Assembly: GCA_965224085.1 (NCBI GenBank)
Contig: CBDCYI010000005.1
Span: 480,001-544,000 of the forward strand
Length of the DNA stretch: 64,000 nucleotides
DNA from: Candidatus Marinacidobacterales bacterium
GTDB taxonomy: Bacteria; Acidobacteriota; Vicinamibacteria; Marinacidobacterales; SMYC01
Reading direction: 5' to 3'
In this document: piece by piece, positions 39,008-49,326 of the stretch
How positions within the stretch are numbered: the stretch's first letter is position 1
Layout: every line of letters starts with the position of its first letter
Position numbers and translations under genes: made by a program
Notes under the pieces: generated by a model
Database searches by the model: none
What the model saw: the letters and a program-made list of their open reading frames with translations, nothing else
What the model was told of the DNA's origin: nothing

Positions 39008-41704
39008 TTAACCGATGGGCTCGCCGTCCGGGTCGAGGCGGATCACCTCGCCGAACTCGAGCGACGCCACATCTGCCGCAACCTTCTGCGCGTCACCGAT
39101 GACGAGCAAGATCGCATCTTCTGTGCTCAAGTACTTCGACGCAGCGGCTTCGAGCTGACCCCTCGTGACCGACTCGACCTTGTCCGTGTAGCGGCTCATC
39201 TCGTCGAGCGAAATCCCGTAGCCGTCGAGCTCAGCGACTTCCCCCGCCACTTGTCCGAGCGTCTCGAAGCGCTGGGCGAAACCGCGCACGAGATTCTCCT
39301 TCGCGTGTGCGAGCTCGTTATCCGTGACCGGCCGATTCCACGTGGCGAGCGCGTCGAACTCAGCGATCAACTGTTCGAGAGCGTCCTTGGTGACCGAGCT
39401 CTCCACGGGCGCAGAGCCCACGAGGATACTTTGAAGCGTCGCGAAGCGGATCGACGAGAAGGCGCCGTAGGTGAAGCCTTTGTCTTCACGAAGGTTCAAG
39501 TTGAGACGACCGGAGAAGCCGCCGCCGAGGATGTTGTTGAGCACTTCTAGGACGTAATAGTCCTCGGTGTTGCGTGCGGGCGCGAGCTTCGCGAGGCGGA
39601 GCTCGGATTGCGCCGAGCCCGGGCGGTCGACGAAATAAGTGACGCGCGACGGAGGGGCGACTTTCTCGACCTTTGCTTCACCGAAAGCCTCGACCTCCCA
39701 ATGCCCGAGCGAGCGCTCGGCGAGCGATTCTGCTTCCTCGAGACCGATATCACCGACCATGATGAGCACCGCGTTGCTCGGCGCGTAGTGCGTCAAATAG
39801 AACTGCTCGAGCGCGGCGCGCTGCATCCCTTCGATGGTTTTGTCTTCTCCTGAGATCGGCCAACCGTAGGGGTGGCTCTTTCCGAAAAGGGCCTTTCGGA
39901 TTGCCTTTCCGGCGATCGCGCCCGGGCTCACGCGGTCCTGGAGAAATCCGTCGAGCCGCTGCTTGCGACACCGCTCGAGTTCCTCACTGGGAAAGCCCGG
40001 ATGGAGGAGTACGTCCGTCATCAACTCGAGCGACTCGGGAAAGTGACGTTTCAGCGCGTCGAGCGACACCACGCTCCACTCGCGGCTTCCACCGCTCGAG
40101 AGATGACTTCCCATGCGGTCGAGCTCGGCTTCGATTTGAAGAGACGTTCGGCTCGTCGTCCCTTCTTCGAGCATCTCGGCGGTCATGCACGCGAGACCGC
40201 TTCTCTCGAAGCTCTCGGCGGTCGCGCCCACTTTCACTACGAGCGCCGTCGCGATTTTCGGAATCTCGCGACGTTCGACGACGTGCAGCTTGAGTCCGTT
40301 CCCAAGCTTCGTCGACGCGACTTCGGGCACGTGAAAGGCGGGGCTCGGCTTGAGCACCGGACTATTCTTACGATCGGGCTCATCGCGATCCTCGGTCGTC
40401 GAGGTCTCGGCAAGATAGCTCACCACGAGCCTCGGCTTGAGCAAGTAGCGCTTGGCCGCTTTTCGAAGATCCTTGGCCTGGACCTCTTGATATCTTTCGT
40501 AGTCCGCCTCGATGAAATCGGGCGAGCCGAGAAAGGTTTGATACATTGCGAGACGGTCCGCTTTCCCGCCGAAGCCTCCGATGCGCTCGAGCCCGGATAG
40601 GAAATCGAATTCCTGCCCCGCCTTGATGCGCTCCATCTCGTCATCCGTCGGCCCGTCCTTGGCGAGGCGGCGTATCTCTTCGTCGATGAGCTCCTCTAAT
40701 CTCGCGAGTGGCGTCCCAGGTCGAGCGGTAGCGACGATGCCGACGAGGCCGGCAATCTCGAGGCTGTAGTTGAAAGCGCTCACGTCCGACGCCAATTGCT
40801 CGTCGTAAACAAGCCGCTTGTACAGACGCGAGTTCTTGCCGTCCGCGAGCACTGTCGAAACCAGGTCGAGCGCGGCATCATCGGGCTCGAAGAAAGCGAC
40901 AGCAGGCCAAGCCATGTAAACACGTTCCTGCGGCACACGGTCGTAGACCGTAACGCGTCGGTCTGTGTCGAGCGTCACTTCGTAGCGCTCGGGACGCTCC
41001 AGCGGAGGGCTGGGCGGAAGCGGCGCGAAGTACTTTTCGATGAGCGCTCGGGTCGCCTCGCGATCGAAAGCTCCCGCGACGGTGAGGACACAATTGTTGG
41101 GCGCGTAGAACTTCTTGAAAAAGCCATGGATGTCGTCGAGAGACGCGCTTTCGACATCCTCCATGCTGCCGATGATGTGCCACGAGTAAGGATGGCCTTT
41201 GGGAAAGAGATTCTGGAAGAGCACTTCGACGGCAGTCCCGTAAGGAACGTTGTCCATGCTCTGGCGCCTTTCGTTCTTGACGACGTCGCGCTGGTTGTCG
41301 AGGTTCTCCTGCGTCACCGCGTCGAGGAGATAGCCCATCCGGTCGGACTCCGCCCAGAGCACGAGCTCGAGCGAGCCGGAGGGGACCGTCTCGAAATAAT
41401 TCGTGCGATCGAAATTCGTCGTGCCGTTGATGCCGCCTTGCGAGATATTCGCGCCGGCACGCTCCATGAGCGAGACGTACTCGCCTTTCACGTTGCGCGA
41501 GCCTTCGAACATCATATGCTCGAACAGATGAGCAAAACCGGTCTTACCGGGCTGCTCGTTCTTCGAGCCCACGTGGTACCAGAGATTGACGTGCGAGACC
41601 GGAAGCTTGTGGTCCTCGTGAAGGATAACCTGAAGGCCGTTCGGGAGGCGGTAGGTCTCGAAATCGATGTGAGGAACAACGCCAGCGTGCGTTTTCTGGC
41701 TCAA
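39008..41704 (-). CDS. M16 (pitrilysin-family) zinc protease
   Basis: YHVGSKNE, HLFEHMMF (HxxEH), second inactive M16 half, LREDKGFTYG. Confidence 0.95.
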   Translation of the reverse strand: MSQKTHAGVVPHIDFETYRLPNGLQVILHEDHKLPVSHVNLWYHVGSKNEQPGKTGFAHLFEHMMFEGSRNVKGEYVSLMERAGANISQGGINGTTNFDRTNYFETVPSGSLELVLWAESDRMGYLLDAVTQENLDNQRDVVKNERRQSMDNVPYGTAVEVLFQNLFPKGHPYSWHIIGSMEDVESASLDDIHGFFKKFYAPNNCVLTVAGAFDREATRALIEKYFAPLPPSPPLERPERYEVTLDTDRRVTVYDRVPQERVYMAWPAVAFFEPDDAALDLVSTVLADGKNSRLYKRLVYDEQLASDVSAFNYSLEIAGLVGIVATARPGTPLARLEELIDEEIRRLAKDGPTDDEMERIKAGQEFDFLSGLERIGGFGGKADRLAMYQTFLGSPDFIEADYERYQEVQAKDLRKAAKRYLLKPRLVVSYLAETSTTEDRDEPDRKNSPVLKPSPAFHVPEVASTKLGNGLKLHVVERREIPKIATALVVKVGATAESFERSGLACMTAEMLEEGTTSRTSLQIEAELDRMGSHLSSGGSREWSVVSLDALKRHFPESLELMTDVLLHPGFPSEELERCRKQRLDGFLQDRVSPGAIAGKAIRKALFGKSHPYGWPISGEDKTIEGMQRAALEQFYLTHYAPSNAVLIMVGDIGLEEAESLAERSLGHWEVEAFGEAKVEKVAPPSRVTYFVDRPGSAQSELRLAKLAPARNTEDYYVLEVLNNILGGGFSGRLNLNLREDKGFTYGAFSSIRFATLQSILVGSAPVESSVTKDALEQLIAEFDALATWNRPVTDNELAHAKENLVRGFAQRFETLGQVAGEVAELDGYGISLDEMSRYTDKVESVTRGQLEAAASKYLSTEDAILLVIGDAQKVAADVASLEFGEVIRLDPDGEPIG

Positions 41705-41778
41705 CGAAACTCCTTCCAGTGGGGTGAACGTGTTCTCTATCTGCGGGCTCTCTATATAATACCGTTTCGGGAGGCATT

Positions 41779-42876
41779 ATGAAGCTCGCGATTTTAGCGT
41801 GGTTGGCCCTATCTCAGGAGTTTTTCACCGCCACGAAGTCGCTCGAGGAGATGGCGAACCGGCAGGCGGTCTTCGAGACGACGCGGGGCGAGTTCATCAT
41901 CGAGTTTTTACCCGAAAAAGCCCCGAATCACGTCGGCTACTTCATGAAGCTCATCGAGGAAGGCGCCTATAACGGCACCGCCTTCCATCGCCTCATCAAA
42001 TACGGCATCGTGCAAGGCGGCGACCCGAAGACCAAGGACGTGGACGCCGTCGCCGAATATGGTACCGGCGGTCTGGGCTTTTTGAAGCGCGAGCTCAGCG
42101 ACGAGTTGCATGTACGGGGCGCACTCTCGGCGGTTCAAGTCCCCGGCGACCCGGACAGCGCCGGTTCGCAGTTCTTCATCGTCGTCACCGATCAACCGGC
42201 TCTCGACGGCCAGTACACCGTCTTCGCCCGTGTCGTGGAAGGAATCAACCTCATCCAAACGATCTCGGAGACGGAAACGGGCGAGAACGGCCTCCCCACG
42301 GAGCGCATCGAGGTCGTAAACGTCACTCTGCGCGACAAGCCGCCACCGGAGATCCCGCCGTTCTCGACGGAGACCGTGGAGGAGCTCGCGACTTATCGCG
42401 CCGTGCTCGAGACGTCGTTCGGCGAGATCACCATGGAGCTCTTCTCCCACCTCGCACCGAATCACGTGCGGAACTTCCTGCGTCTCGCGAAGATTGGCCT
42501 CTATGACGGGGTCACGTTCCACCGTGTCGTGCCCGGTTTCGTGATCCAGACCGGGTTCGTCGAGACCCGCACCGAGCCGCCGTCAGAGCGCATCATGAAA
42601 TATTTCGGGAATCTAGAGCCCGAGTTCAATGACACGTCCCATGTAGCGGGCATCGTTTCTATGGCCCACGGCGAAGATCCCGCAAGCGCCAACTCTTCTT
42701 TTTTCATCGTCACCGGACCCGCGTCGCCGCTCGACAATTTGTACACCGTCTTCGGCCGCATCGTCGAGGGCATGGACGTCGTCCAGCAGATCGAAGCCGT
42801 GCCCGCAGAGAACGAAGCGCCACTCCAGCGCGTCGAGCTCACGACGGTCCGCATCGAGCGAATAGATCCACATTAG
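41779..42876 (+). CDS. Double-domain cyclophilin-type PPIase
   Basis: Two APNHV..F / FHR / QG(T)G / SQ(S)FFIV / YTVF repeats. Confidence 0.92.
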   Translation: MKLAILAWLALSQEFFTATKSLEEMANRQAVFETTRGEFIIEFLPEKAPNHVGYFMKLIEEGAYNGTAFHRLIKYGIVQGGDPKTKDVDAVAEYGTGGLGFLKRELSDELHVRGALSAVQVPGDPDSAGSQFFIVVTDQPALDGQYTVFARVVEGINLIQTISETETGENGLPTERIEVVNVTLRDKPPPEIPPFSTETVEELATYRAVLETSFGEITMELFSHLAPNHVRNFLRLAKIGLYDGVTFHRVVPGFVIQTGFVETRTEPPSERIMKYFGNLEPEFNDTSHVAGIVSMAHGEDPASANSSFFIVTGPASPLDNLYTVFGRIVEGMDVVQQIEAVPAENEAPLQRVELTTVRIERIDPH

Positions 42877-42961
42877 AAGAGCTGACGCAAAGGCGCAACG
42901 ACGGCAAGAGAGCGAAGCGCTTCGCGATATGATGCCACGATGACGCGGAGAAACGCGGATA

Positions 42962-43948
42962 ATGTCTGACATAGACGTCGCCATCATCGGCGGCGGGCCG
43001 AGCGGGCTAGCGGCTGCAATCGAATGCACCAAGAACGACCTCTCTTACGTGGTGTTCGAAAAAGGGTCGCTCGTAGATGCGATCCGCCGCTTCCCCATCA
43101 ATATGGTGTTCTTCACGACACCGGAGCTACTCGAGATTGGAGAATTGCCGCTCGTCTGCGCTCGGGAGAAGCCGACGCGTCTCGAAGCGCTCAAATATTA
43201 CCGTCTGGCCGCGGAGTTCTATCGCTTACGCACGAAGCTCTATGCGCGCGTGGACGCCGTGCAAAGAGTAAATGGACGCTTTCAGGTAGAGAGCTCTTTC
43301 ACGCGCGGCCAGGTCGGTACGTCCGAGCCCATTACCGCCAAGAAGCTCGTCGTCGCAACCGGCTATTACGACAATCCCAATTACCTGGGCATCCCGGGCG
43401 AAGATCTCTCGAAAACGTCGCACTACTACGTCGAAGCGCATCCATATTATGGGCTCGATGTGGCAGTGATCGGGGGCGGGAACTCGGCGGCCGAGACGGC
43501 TCTCGACCTCTTTCGCTCCGGCGTCAAGGTGCGCCTCATCCATCGCAACAAAGAAATGTCGACGCACATCAAGTATTGGGTGCGCCCCGATATCAATAAC
43601 CGCATCTCGCGCGGCGAGATCGAAGCGCATCTCGAGACCGAGGTCGAAGCGATCTTGCCCGACAAGCTCGAGCTAAAGAACAACAAGGGCGAGCGCTACA
43701 CGATCCCGAACGATGCCGTGTTTGCCCTAACGGGATACCGACCGGACTACACGTTCCTCGAATCGATGGGTATCACGATCGACAACGAAAGCGGCAAGCC
43801 GCATACGGATCCTGAAACGTGCGAGACCAATGTCTCTGGCATCTATCTCGCGGGGGGCATCGTCGCGGGACGGCAAACGAACAAGATCTTCATCGAGAAC
43901 GGCCGGTTTCACGGACAGAAGATCGTCAAACATCTGTCCTCCTCGTGA
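42962..43948 (+). CDS. ypdA: YpdA-family putative bacillithiol disulfide reductase
   Basis: GGGPSG, MVFFTTPELLEIG, KPTRLEALKYY, ATGYYD, HYYVEAHPY, KYWVRPDINNRI, IFIENGRFH. Confidence 0.88.
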   Translation: MSDIDVAIIGGGPSGLAAAIECTKNDLSYVVFEKGSLVDAIRRFPINMVFFTTPELLEIGELPLVCAREKPTRLEALKYYRLAAEFYRLRTKLYARVDAVQRVNGRFQVESSFTRGQVGTSEPITAKKLVVATGYYDNPNYLGIPGEDLSKTSHYYVEAHPYYGLDVAVIGGGNSAAETALDLFRSGVKVRLIHRNKEMSTHIKYWVRPDINNRISRGEIEAHLETEVEAILPDKLELKNNKGERYTIPNDAVFALTGYRPDYTFLESMGITIDNESGKPHTDPETCETNVSGIYLAGGIVAGRQTNKIFIENGRFHGQKIVKHLSSS

Positions 43949-45582
43949 GTATCGACACCGTTATCCGAAACGCTCGAATCATCGACGGGACCGGCGCGCC
44001 CGAGAGGATGGGCTACGTCGCCATCGAGGGCGGGCGAATCATCGCGCATGGCGCGAATGACGACACTATCAGGGCGGAGCACGTAATCGACGCTTCCGGT
44101 CGAGTGGTAGCACCCGGATTCGTGGACATCCACTCGCACGGGGATCTCGTGCTCGCTTGGCCGTCCAAAAAGAGGCTCCCACTCCTCCTCGGCCGCATCG
44201 CTCAAGGCATCACGACAGAAGTGATCGGCAATTGCGGCCTCGGCGCCTCGCCTCTCTTCGGCCATGGCAGCGAGCTTCTTCCTCAAATCAACGGCTGGAT
44301 GACGCCGGCGCCGTTCGACTGGAGCTGGCGCGACCTCGACGGCTACTTCGCGCATCTGGAGACGCTCGGCCTTCCCGTCAATGTCGGAAGCCTCGTCCCT
44401 CATGGCGCGCTGAGACTCGGCGCCGCCCATCTCGCGCCCGGAGAGACCGACGACGACACCCGGCACAGGATGACCGCGGCGCTCGATGGCGCGCTCGAAC
44501 AAGGCGCTTTCGGCTTGTCGGCCGGACTCATCTACCCGCCGGGCATGTACACATCGACCGACGAGCTGACCCTGCTTGCCCGCCGTCTCGCTTCTTACGA
44601 CCGCACCTTCACATGCCACCTTCGAGGCTCGAGCGAAACGCTTCTCGACGCCGTCCGCGAGCTCATCGCGATCGGCCGTGACGCCGGCGTTCACGTGCAC
44701 CACTCGCACGCGGAAGCGGTCGGGAAGGCGCACTGGCCGAAGCTCGAGTCCTTCCTGCTCATGGAGCGAGGCGCCCTCGATGAAGGCGTGCATCTAACGG
44801 CAGACATGTTTCCTTATCCCGTGGCGGCAACGATGATGCTCGCCATCTACCCGCCATGGTCGCTCGAAGGCGGGCTGCCGCGTCTTCTCGAGCGCTTGCA
44901 GGACACTGCCACGCGGGAGCGCATCCGACACGACATCGAGACGGTGGCTCCGGAGTGGCCGTCGTGGAAAGAGGGCGGTTGGCCGCACAACCTCGTAATG
45001 GCCGTCGGATGGGACCGCATTCATATCTCCACCGTGGGCTCCGAGACCAACCGGGCGGCCGTGGGGCTGTCGCTGGAAGAGCTCGGGACGAAGCGCAAGA
45101 TGACGTCGTTCGACGCGATCTCCGACCTCATGGTCGAGGAAGGCGGCAATGTCGGTCAGTTCGTTCTCGACATCACCGGCGAAGAGGGCCTGCGCGAGCT
45201 CATCCGGCGACCGGATATCGCGTTCATCACCGACGCCAACGACTACGGCAAAGGCAAGCCCCACCCAGCGGCCTATGGAAGCTTTCCGAGAGTGCTCGGC
45301 CGCTACGTGCGCGAAGAATCGATCGTGAGCCTCCCCGAAGCGATTCGCCGAATGACGTCTTTACCGGCCGATACGATCGGCCTGAGAGGGCGCGGCCGGA
45401 TCGAGAAAGGCGCCTTTGCCGACCTCGTCATCTTCGACGCGGCCGCGATCCACGACGAAGCCACGCTCGAGCAACCGCGCCAGAAAGCGAAGGGAATCGA
45501 GACGGTCCTCGTGAACGGAAAGGTCACCTACGAGAAAGGGCGTCCGACCGGCGAGCTACCGGGGGGCGTCCTGCGCGCTTAG
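43945..45582 (+). CDS. N-acyl-D-amino-acid deacylase (D-aminoacylase)
   Basis: APGFVDIHSH, QGITTEVIGNCG, GLIYPPG, HP..YGSFPRVLG, ADLVIFD. Confidence 0.9.
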   Translation: MSIDTVIRNARIIDGTGAPERMGYVAIEGGRIIAHGANDDTIRAEHVIDASGRVVAPGFVDIHSHGDLVLAWPSKKRLPLLLGRIAQGITTEVIGNCGLGASPLFGHGSELLPQINGWMTPAPFDWSWRDLDGYFAHLETLGLPVNVGSLVPHGALRLGAAHLAPGETDDDTRHRMTAALDGALEQGAFGLSAGLIYPPGMYTSTDELTLLARRLASYDRTFTCHLRGSSETLLDAVRELIAIGRDAGVHVHHSHAEAVGKAHWPKLESFLLMERGALDEGVHLTADMFPYPVAATMMLAIYPPWSLEGGLPRLLERLQDTATRERIRHDIETVAPEWPSWKEGGWPHNLVMAVGWDRIHISTVGSETNRAAVGLSLEELGTKRKMTSFDAISDLMVEEGGNVGQFVLDITGEEGLRELIRRPDIAFITDANDYGKGKPHPAAYGSFPRVLGRYVREESIVSLPEAIRRMTSLPADTIGLRGRGRIEKGAFADLVIFDAAAIHDEATLEQPRQKAKGIETVLVNGKVTYEKGRPTGELPGGVLRA

Positions 45583-45599
45583 TTTCCGCGATCAGGTGA

Positions 45600-45900
45600 G
45601 CGCGGTTCCCATCGAGGGGCCGAGAACGCGAGCTGCCGTTCTTCTCGCCCGACCGCGAGTGGTTGGCTTTTTTTCGCGACAAGGCCCTGTGGAAAGTATC
45701 GCTTTCGGCGGGAGCGCCTCAACGGGTGTGTGACGCGCCAAACCCTGCCGGCGCCAGTTGGAGCTCCGACGACACGATTGTCCTGTCGGTTCAGGACGGC
45801 GACTTGCTCTCGGTGCCGGCGACGGAGGGAGCCCCCACGATTCTCGACACGGGCTCGCTGTCTTCTATTCACTCTCCGTTTCGTTTGGAAGAGGCGGGGC
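45600..45900 (+). pseudogene. Second remnant of a TolB-like kinase propeller
   Basis: FFSPDREWLAFFRDKALWKVSLSAGAPQRVCD..GASWSSDDTIV. Confidence 0.6.
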
Positions 45901-46001
45901 CTCTGCTGTTCGTGAGCTGGGGAGGTCTACCCCACTTTTTCTCGTCCTCTATAGAGGAGAGCTACGCACACGGCGAGCTCATTCCTGATTTGCTTTGTAA
46001 A

Positions 46002-46016
46002 GTATAACTGTTATAC
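46002..46016. promoter_or_regulatory. Inverted-repeat operator upstream of the TA pair
   Basis: GTATAAC-T-GTTATAC, 7 nt before the toxin start. Confidence 0.65.
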
Positions 46017-46023
46017 CATTACG

Positions 46024-46302
46024 GTGAGACTCAAGTTCGACGCCAAAAAGAGCGCGGAGCTCAAAGCGAATCCGAAGCGAGGAATCGGATTCGAGGAGAC
46101 GGTTTCTCTCTGGGAGAGACCGTATTACTTGGACCAGCGTATCGATTCACCGGAGCAGTTCAGAGCGATCGGCTGGGTCGAGGATAAGTTGTACTCGGTC
46201 ATCTTCGAAGTTCGTGAGGACGAAGACGGCGAGTTCTACCATTTGGTGACTTTGTGGAAGGCGACACGAGAGGAACGCGAGCTGTATGAAGAAAACGCGT
46301 AA
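46024..46302 (+). CDS. brnT: BrnT-family toxin
   Basis: FDAKKS..N..RGIGFEE, EQFRAIG, VTLWKATREERELYE. Confidence 0.8.
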   Translation: MRLKFDAKKSAELKANPKRGIGFEETVSLWERPYYLDQRIDSPEQFRAIGWVEDKLYSVIFEVREDEDGEFYHLVTLWKATREERELYEENA

Positions 46303-46591
46303 GACGAAGAACACCAAGAAACGGATCGCGAGCGCCGATGAGATCGCGGACCGCGCCGACCGGGGCGAGGACATTTCACCGTTCTTCACGAACGACGGCA
46401 AGATGAGGCCGCCGATTCAGCGCGTCAATGTCGACTTCACGCGCGAGATGCTCACGGAGTTGGACGAAGCAGCTCGCCGGCTCAACATCAGCCGCCAGGC
46501 CGTCATCAAAACATTCGTTCGCGACAGCCTCGACCGTCGGTACGTGGCGGCGGCGGCCGCGAGAGACGCGTCGTCAAAGAAGGGTTCTTGA
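46286..46591 (+). CDS. brnA: BrnA/CopG-family RHH antitoxin
   Basis: DRGEDISPFF, RVNVDF...LDEAARRLNISRQAVIK; overlaps the toxin gene. Confidence 0.8.
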   Translation: MKKTRKTKNTKKRIASADEIADRADRGEDISPFFTNDGKMRPPIQRVNVDFTREMLTELDEAARRLNISRQAVIKTFVRDSLDRRYVAAAAARDASSKKGS

Positions 46592-46693
46592 CAGGAGCCA
46601 TGGTCACCGCGGCGCGTGGGATCCGGTCGAATGGAGGTCTACGTCGAGACCTGGGTATGGACGTTGTCGATGGCGGCTTCTACAATAGGCGCC

Positions 46694-47287
46694 ATGGCTT
46701 TTCTCGACCGCTTCGTTTCGGACATCATCAAGAAATCGACCGGATTCAACACGCGCTCTTTCGTGCGGACGGTCGGCGGCAAGAACATCTTGCTTCTCGG
46801 AGGCGCGGCCGTCGCCGCTGCGCTCGCGGCAGATAAACTTGGCGGGTCACAGAAGCCGTCTCAGCCCGCCGTCCCGCCGGTACCAAATGACGCGCTTCCT
46901 CCGATCCCCCCGCCGCCGCCTCCGCCTCCGGAGCTTCTCTTCGCGATCGTGCGTACCATGGTCGCCGCGTCTCTCGCCGATGGCCAGCAGCACGACGACG
47001 AAAAAGCGCTCATCAATAGCCGCCTCGGAGAATCGGGGCTCTCGCTCGAGCAGATCCAGCAAGTCCACAGCGACCTCGCCACGCCGCCCACCTCCGCCGA
47101 GCTCGCGGCGCTCGTCGACAACGCCCACGACAAAGAACTCCTGTATCGCTTTGGCGCGCTCGTGGTCCTCGCGGATGACAATGTGAGCGACGACGAGAAA
47201 GCATGGCTCACCGGAACCGCCACGGCGCTCGGCATCGACCCGGCGCGACGTCAGGCACTCGATCGCGAAATATTCGAAGCTACTTGA
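46694..47287 (+). CDS. DUF533/TerB-like protein
   Basis: RTMVAASLADG..DDEK..I, second AD..VSDDEKAWL..LA. Confidence 0.78.
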   Translation: MAFLDRFVSDIIKKSTGFNTRSFVRTVGGKNILLLGGAAVAAALAADKLGGSQKPSQPAVPPVPNDALPPIPPPPPPPPELLFAIVRTMVAASLADGQQHDDEKALINSRLGESGLSLEQIQQVHSDLATPPTSAELAALVDNAHDKELLYRFGALVVLADDNVSDDEKAWLTGTATALGIDPARRQALDREIFEAT

Positions 47288-48581
47288 TTAGCAGAATTCT
47301 CTGGTTCACCGGATAAAACCACTCAACCCCTCTCTCGGTCACGATCGCGTCGTCTTCGAGCGGGATCCGCACTTTCGCGCCTCCGAACTCCTCGGCTTTC
47401 GTATAGGCGAAAAGCTCGATCGAGAACATGTTCGACGGCTTGATCTCGTAAGTGAGACGCGTCGGGTTGAACCACGCGATCGACGGCCCGGTTCCGTGGC
47501 CGAGGTTGCCCACCGAGTGGCAACCGATGACAACATCGGTCGTGTCGGCGTCCGTCGGCTGATTGAACCCGATGAGCGAGAAGCCCGCTTCCTGTAGCGC
47601 GTGGTTGACCTGCTCGAGCATCTCACCTGCGGTGGGACCGGCCTTGATGCTCCGCCGCACGACGTCGCGTGCTCTGAGTCCTTGATCGAAAGCGTTTTGA
47701 ATTCCTGGTGGCACCGCTGTCTCACCTGCCTTCAGGACGTAAGCGATACGCTTCATGTCGGTAAAGAAGTTCAGATAACCGACGCCCCAATCGATCATGA
47801 GGAGCTCGCCGCGCTGAATGATGTGCTCATCCGATGTCGCGACGATACCCTCGGGGCCGGTCACGTAGACCGATGGCATGCCGAACGAGGATTCTAGCCC
47901 TCGCTCGAACTGCTGCTCCTGCATCCACCACGAGACGTCCTCGAGGGTCGTCACTCCTGGCGTGATAATGGCGTTCGAGAAGGCGCGCTCGGCTATCTCG
48001 CGGGACATCTCTCCAGCCTCTCCAAAGGCGACGATCTCGCTTGCCACGCGGCGTGAGCGAAAATCCGAGACGAGCTTCTCCGCGGAAGTGAACCTCTCTG
48101 AATAGTCCTCTCCGAGCGTGCGCACGAGATGCTCGAAGCCGGTATGGGACAGGCCGTCCGCCGCGCCGATGCTCTCGGACATGTTGAGGCCGATACTTCT
48201 GGGATCGCGCTCGGCAACGAAAGCCGCGAGGTCGAAACTTCCCGTCACGACGTCGTAGACACCGCAAGCTTCGAGCCTGCGTCCGCCCACGCCGAGCGCC
48301 GCCCGCTCGATCCTCCCACCGCCGCCGTCGGTGAAAATGTAATAACCGATATTGCCGACATAGCCTTCGCCGAGATCGTAGTAGAGTGGATCACGCAGTC
48401 CCTCTTTCTGCATCACGATCCACATGTCGATGTCGTTCTCCTTCATGGCCTCGGGGAGAATGCGGTCGAATTTCTCGTGCCGGATCTGGCACATCCGTTC
48501 CCATCGTCGGCGCGCTTCCTGCGGGAGGGCCTCGGAAGCGGCAAAAAGACATAGGACGGCGACAACAATCGAGAATCTCAT
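47280..48581 (-). CDS. Secreted M24 (Xaa-Pro) aminopeptidase
   Basis: ITPGVTT, DWG, TDMKRIAY, HSVG..GHG, SIE, LEDD. Confidence 0.85.
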   Translation of the reverse strand: MRFSIVVAVLCLFAASEALPQEARRRWERMCQIRHEKFDRILPEAMKENDIDMWIVMQKEGLRDPLYYDLGEGYVGNIGYYIFTDGGGGRIERAALGVGGRRLEACGVYDVVTGSFDLAAFVAERDPRSIGLNMSESIGAADGLSHTGFEHLVRTLGEDYSERFTSAEKLVSDFRSRRVASEIVAFGEAGEMSREIAERAFSNAIITPGVTTLEDVSWWMQEQQFERGLESSFGMPSVYVTGPEGIVATSDEHIIQRGELLMIDWGVGYLNFFTDMKRIAYVLKAGETAVPPGIQNAFDQGLRARDVVRRSIKAGPTAGEMLEQVNHALQEAGFSLIGFNQPTDADTTDVVIGCHSVGNLGHGTGPSIAWFNPTRLTYEIKPSNMFSIELFAYTKAEEFGGAKVRIPLEDDAIVTERGVEWFYPVNQRILLIK

Positions 48582-48686
48582 GGTTACTCCATCGGCTTTT
48601 TTGATCCGCGGCGGTATCCTACAGGAACGAGCAGTTGCTTGGGAAGTCCGCAGCTGACAGAATCGCGCTTCATCAGGAGTGGGTCG

Positions 48687-49304
48687 TTGAGCAAGAGCGA
48701 AGCGGAGGGCAGGAAACCGAGACGGCCGTCTCGAGTGAATCAGCGCCGGGGTCAGATCCTCGAAAAAGCGGCGCATCTTTTTTGCGTCAAAGGTTACGAC
48801 TCCACCTCCATGAGCGACATCGCCGACGAAGTGGGCATCACCAAAGCGGGCCTCTACTATTTCGTCGAGGGCAAAGAGCACTTACTCTACTTGATTACGG
48901 ATTACGGACTTGACCTTCTCGACGAAACCGTCGTGCAACCGTTGAAAAAGCTCGAAGACCCCAAGGACTTCCTCACCGAACTCATCAAGCTCCATACCCA
49001 CATGGTGTTGAACCGTCCGAGAGAGGTCACCATCATCCTCCACGAGCGAACCGCATTGACCGGTGTCTACCGGGAAAAGATATTGCAGCGGAAAAAGGAA
49101 TATATCAACTACGTGCGCAGTCTTCTCGTACGCCTTCAGCAACGGGGAGAGGCGCGCCAAGATCTTGACCCCACCGCGGCAACCTTCTTCCTGCTCGGCT
49201 CCCTCAACTGGATCTATCAGTGGTACAAGTTAGACGGCCCTCTAACGGAGGAACAGCTGGCGAGCGAGCTCACGAAGCTGTTTACGGCGGGCTTCCTTAA
49301 ATAA
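48687..49304 (+). CDS. TetR/AcrR (KstR2-like) regulator
   Basis: ILEKAAHLF..GYDSTSMSDIADEVGITKAGLYYF; NWIYQWY. Confidence 0.92.
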   Translation: MSKSEAEGRKPRRPSRVNQRRGQILEKAAHLFCVKGYDSTSMSDIADEVGITKAGLYYFVEGKEHLLYLITDYGLDLLDETVVQPLKKLEDPKDFLTELIKLHTHMVLNRPREVTIILHERTALTGVYREKILQRKKEYINYVRSLLVRLQQRGEARQDLDPTAATFFLLGSLNWIYQWYKLDGPLTEEQLASELTKLFTAGFLK

Positions 49305-49326
49305 CAATCCCCCGCCCTCGCTAAAC

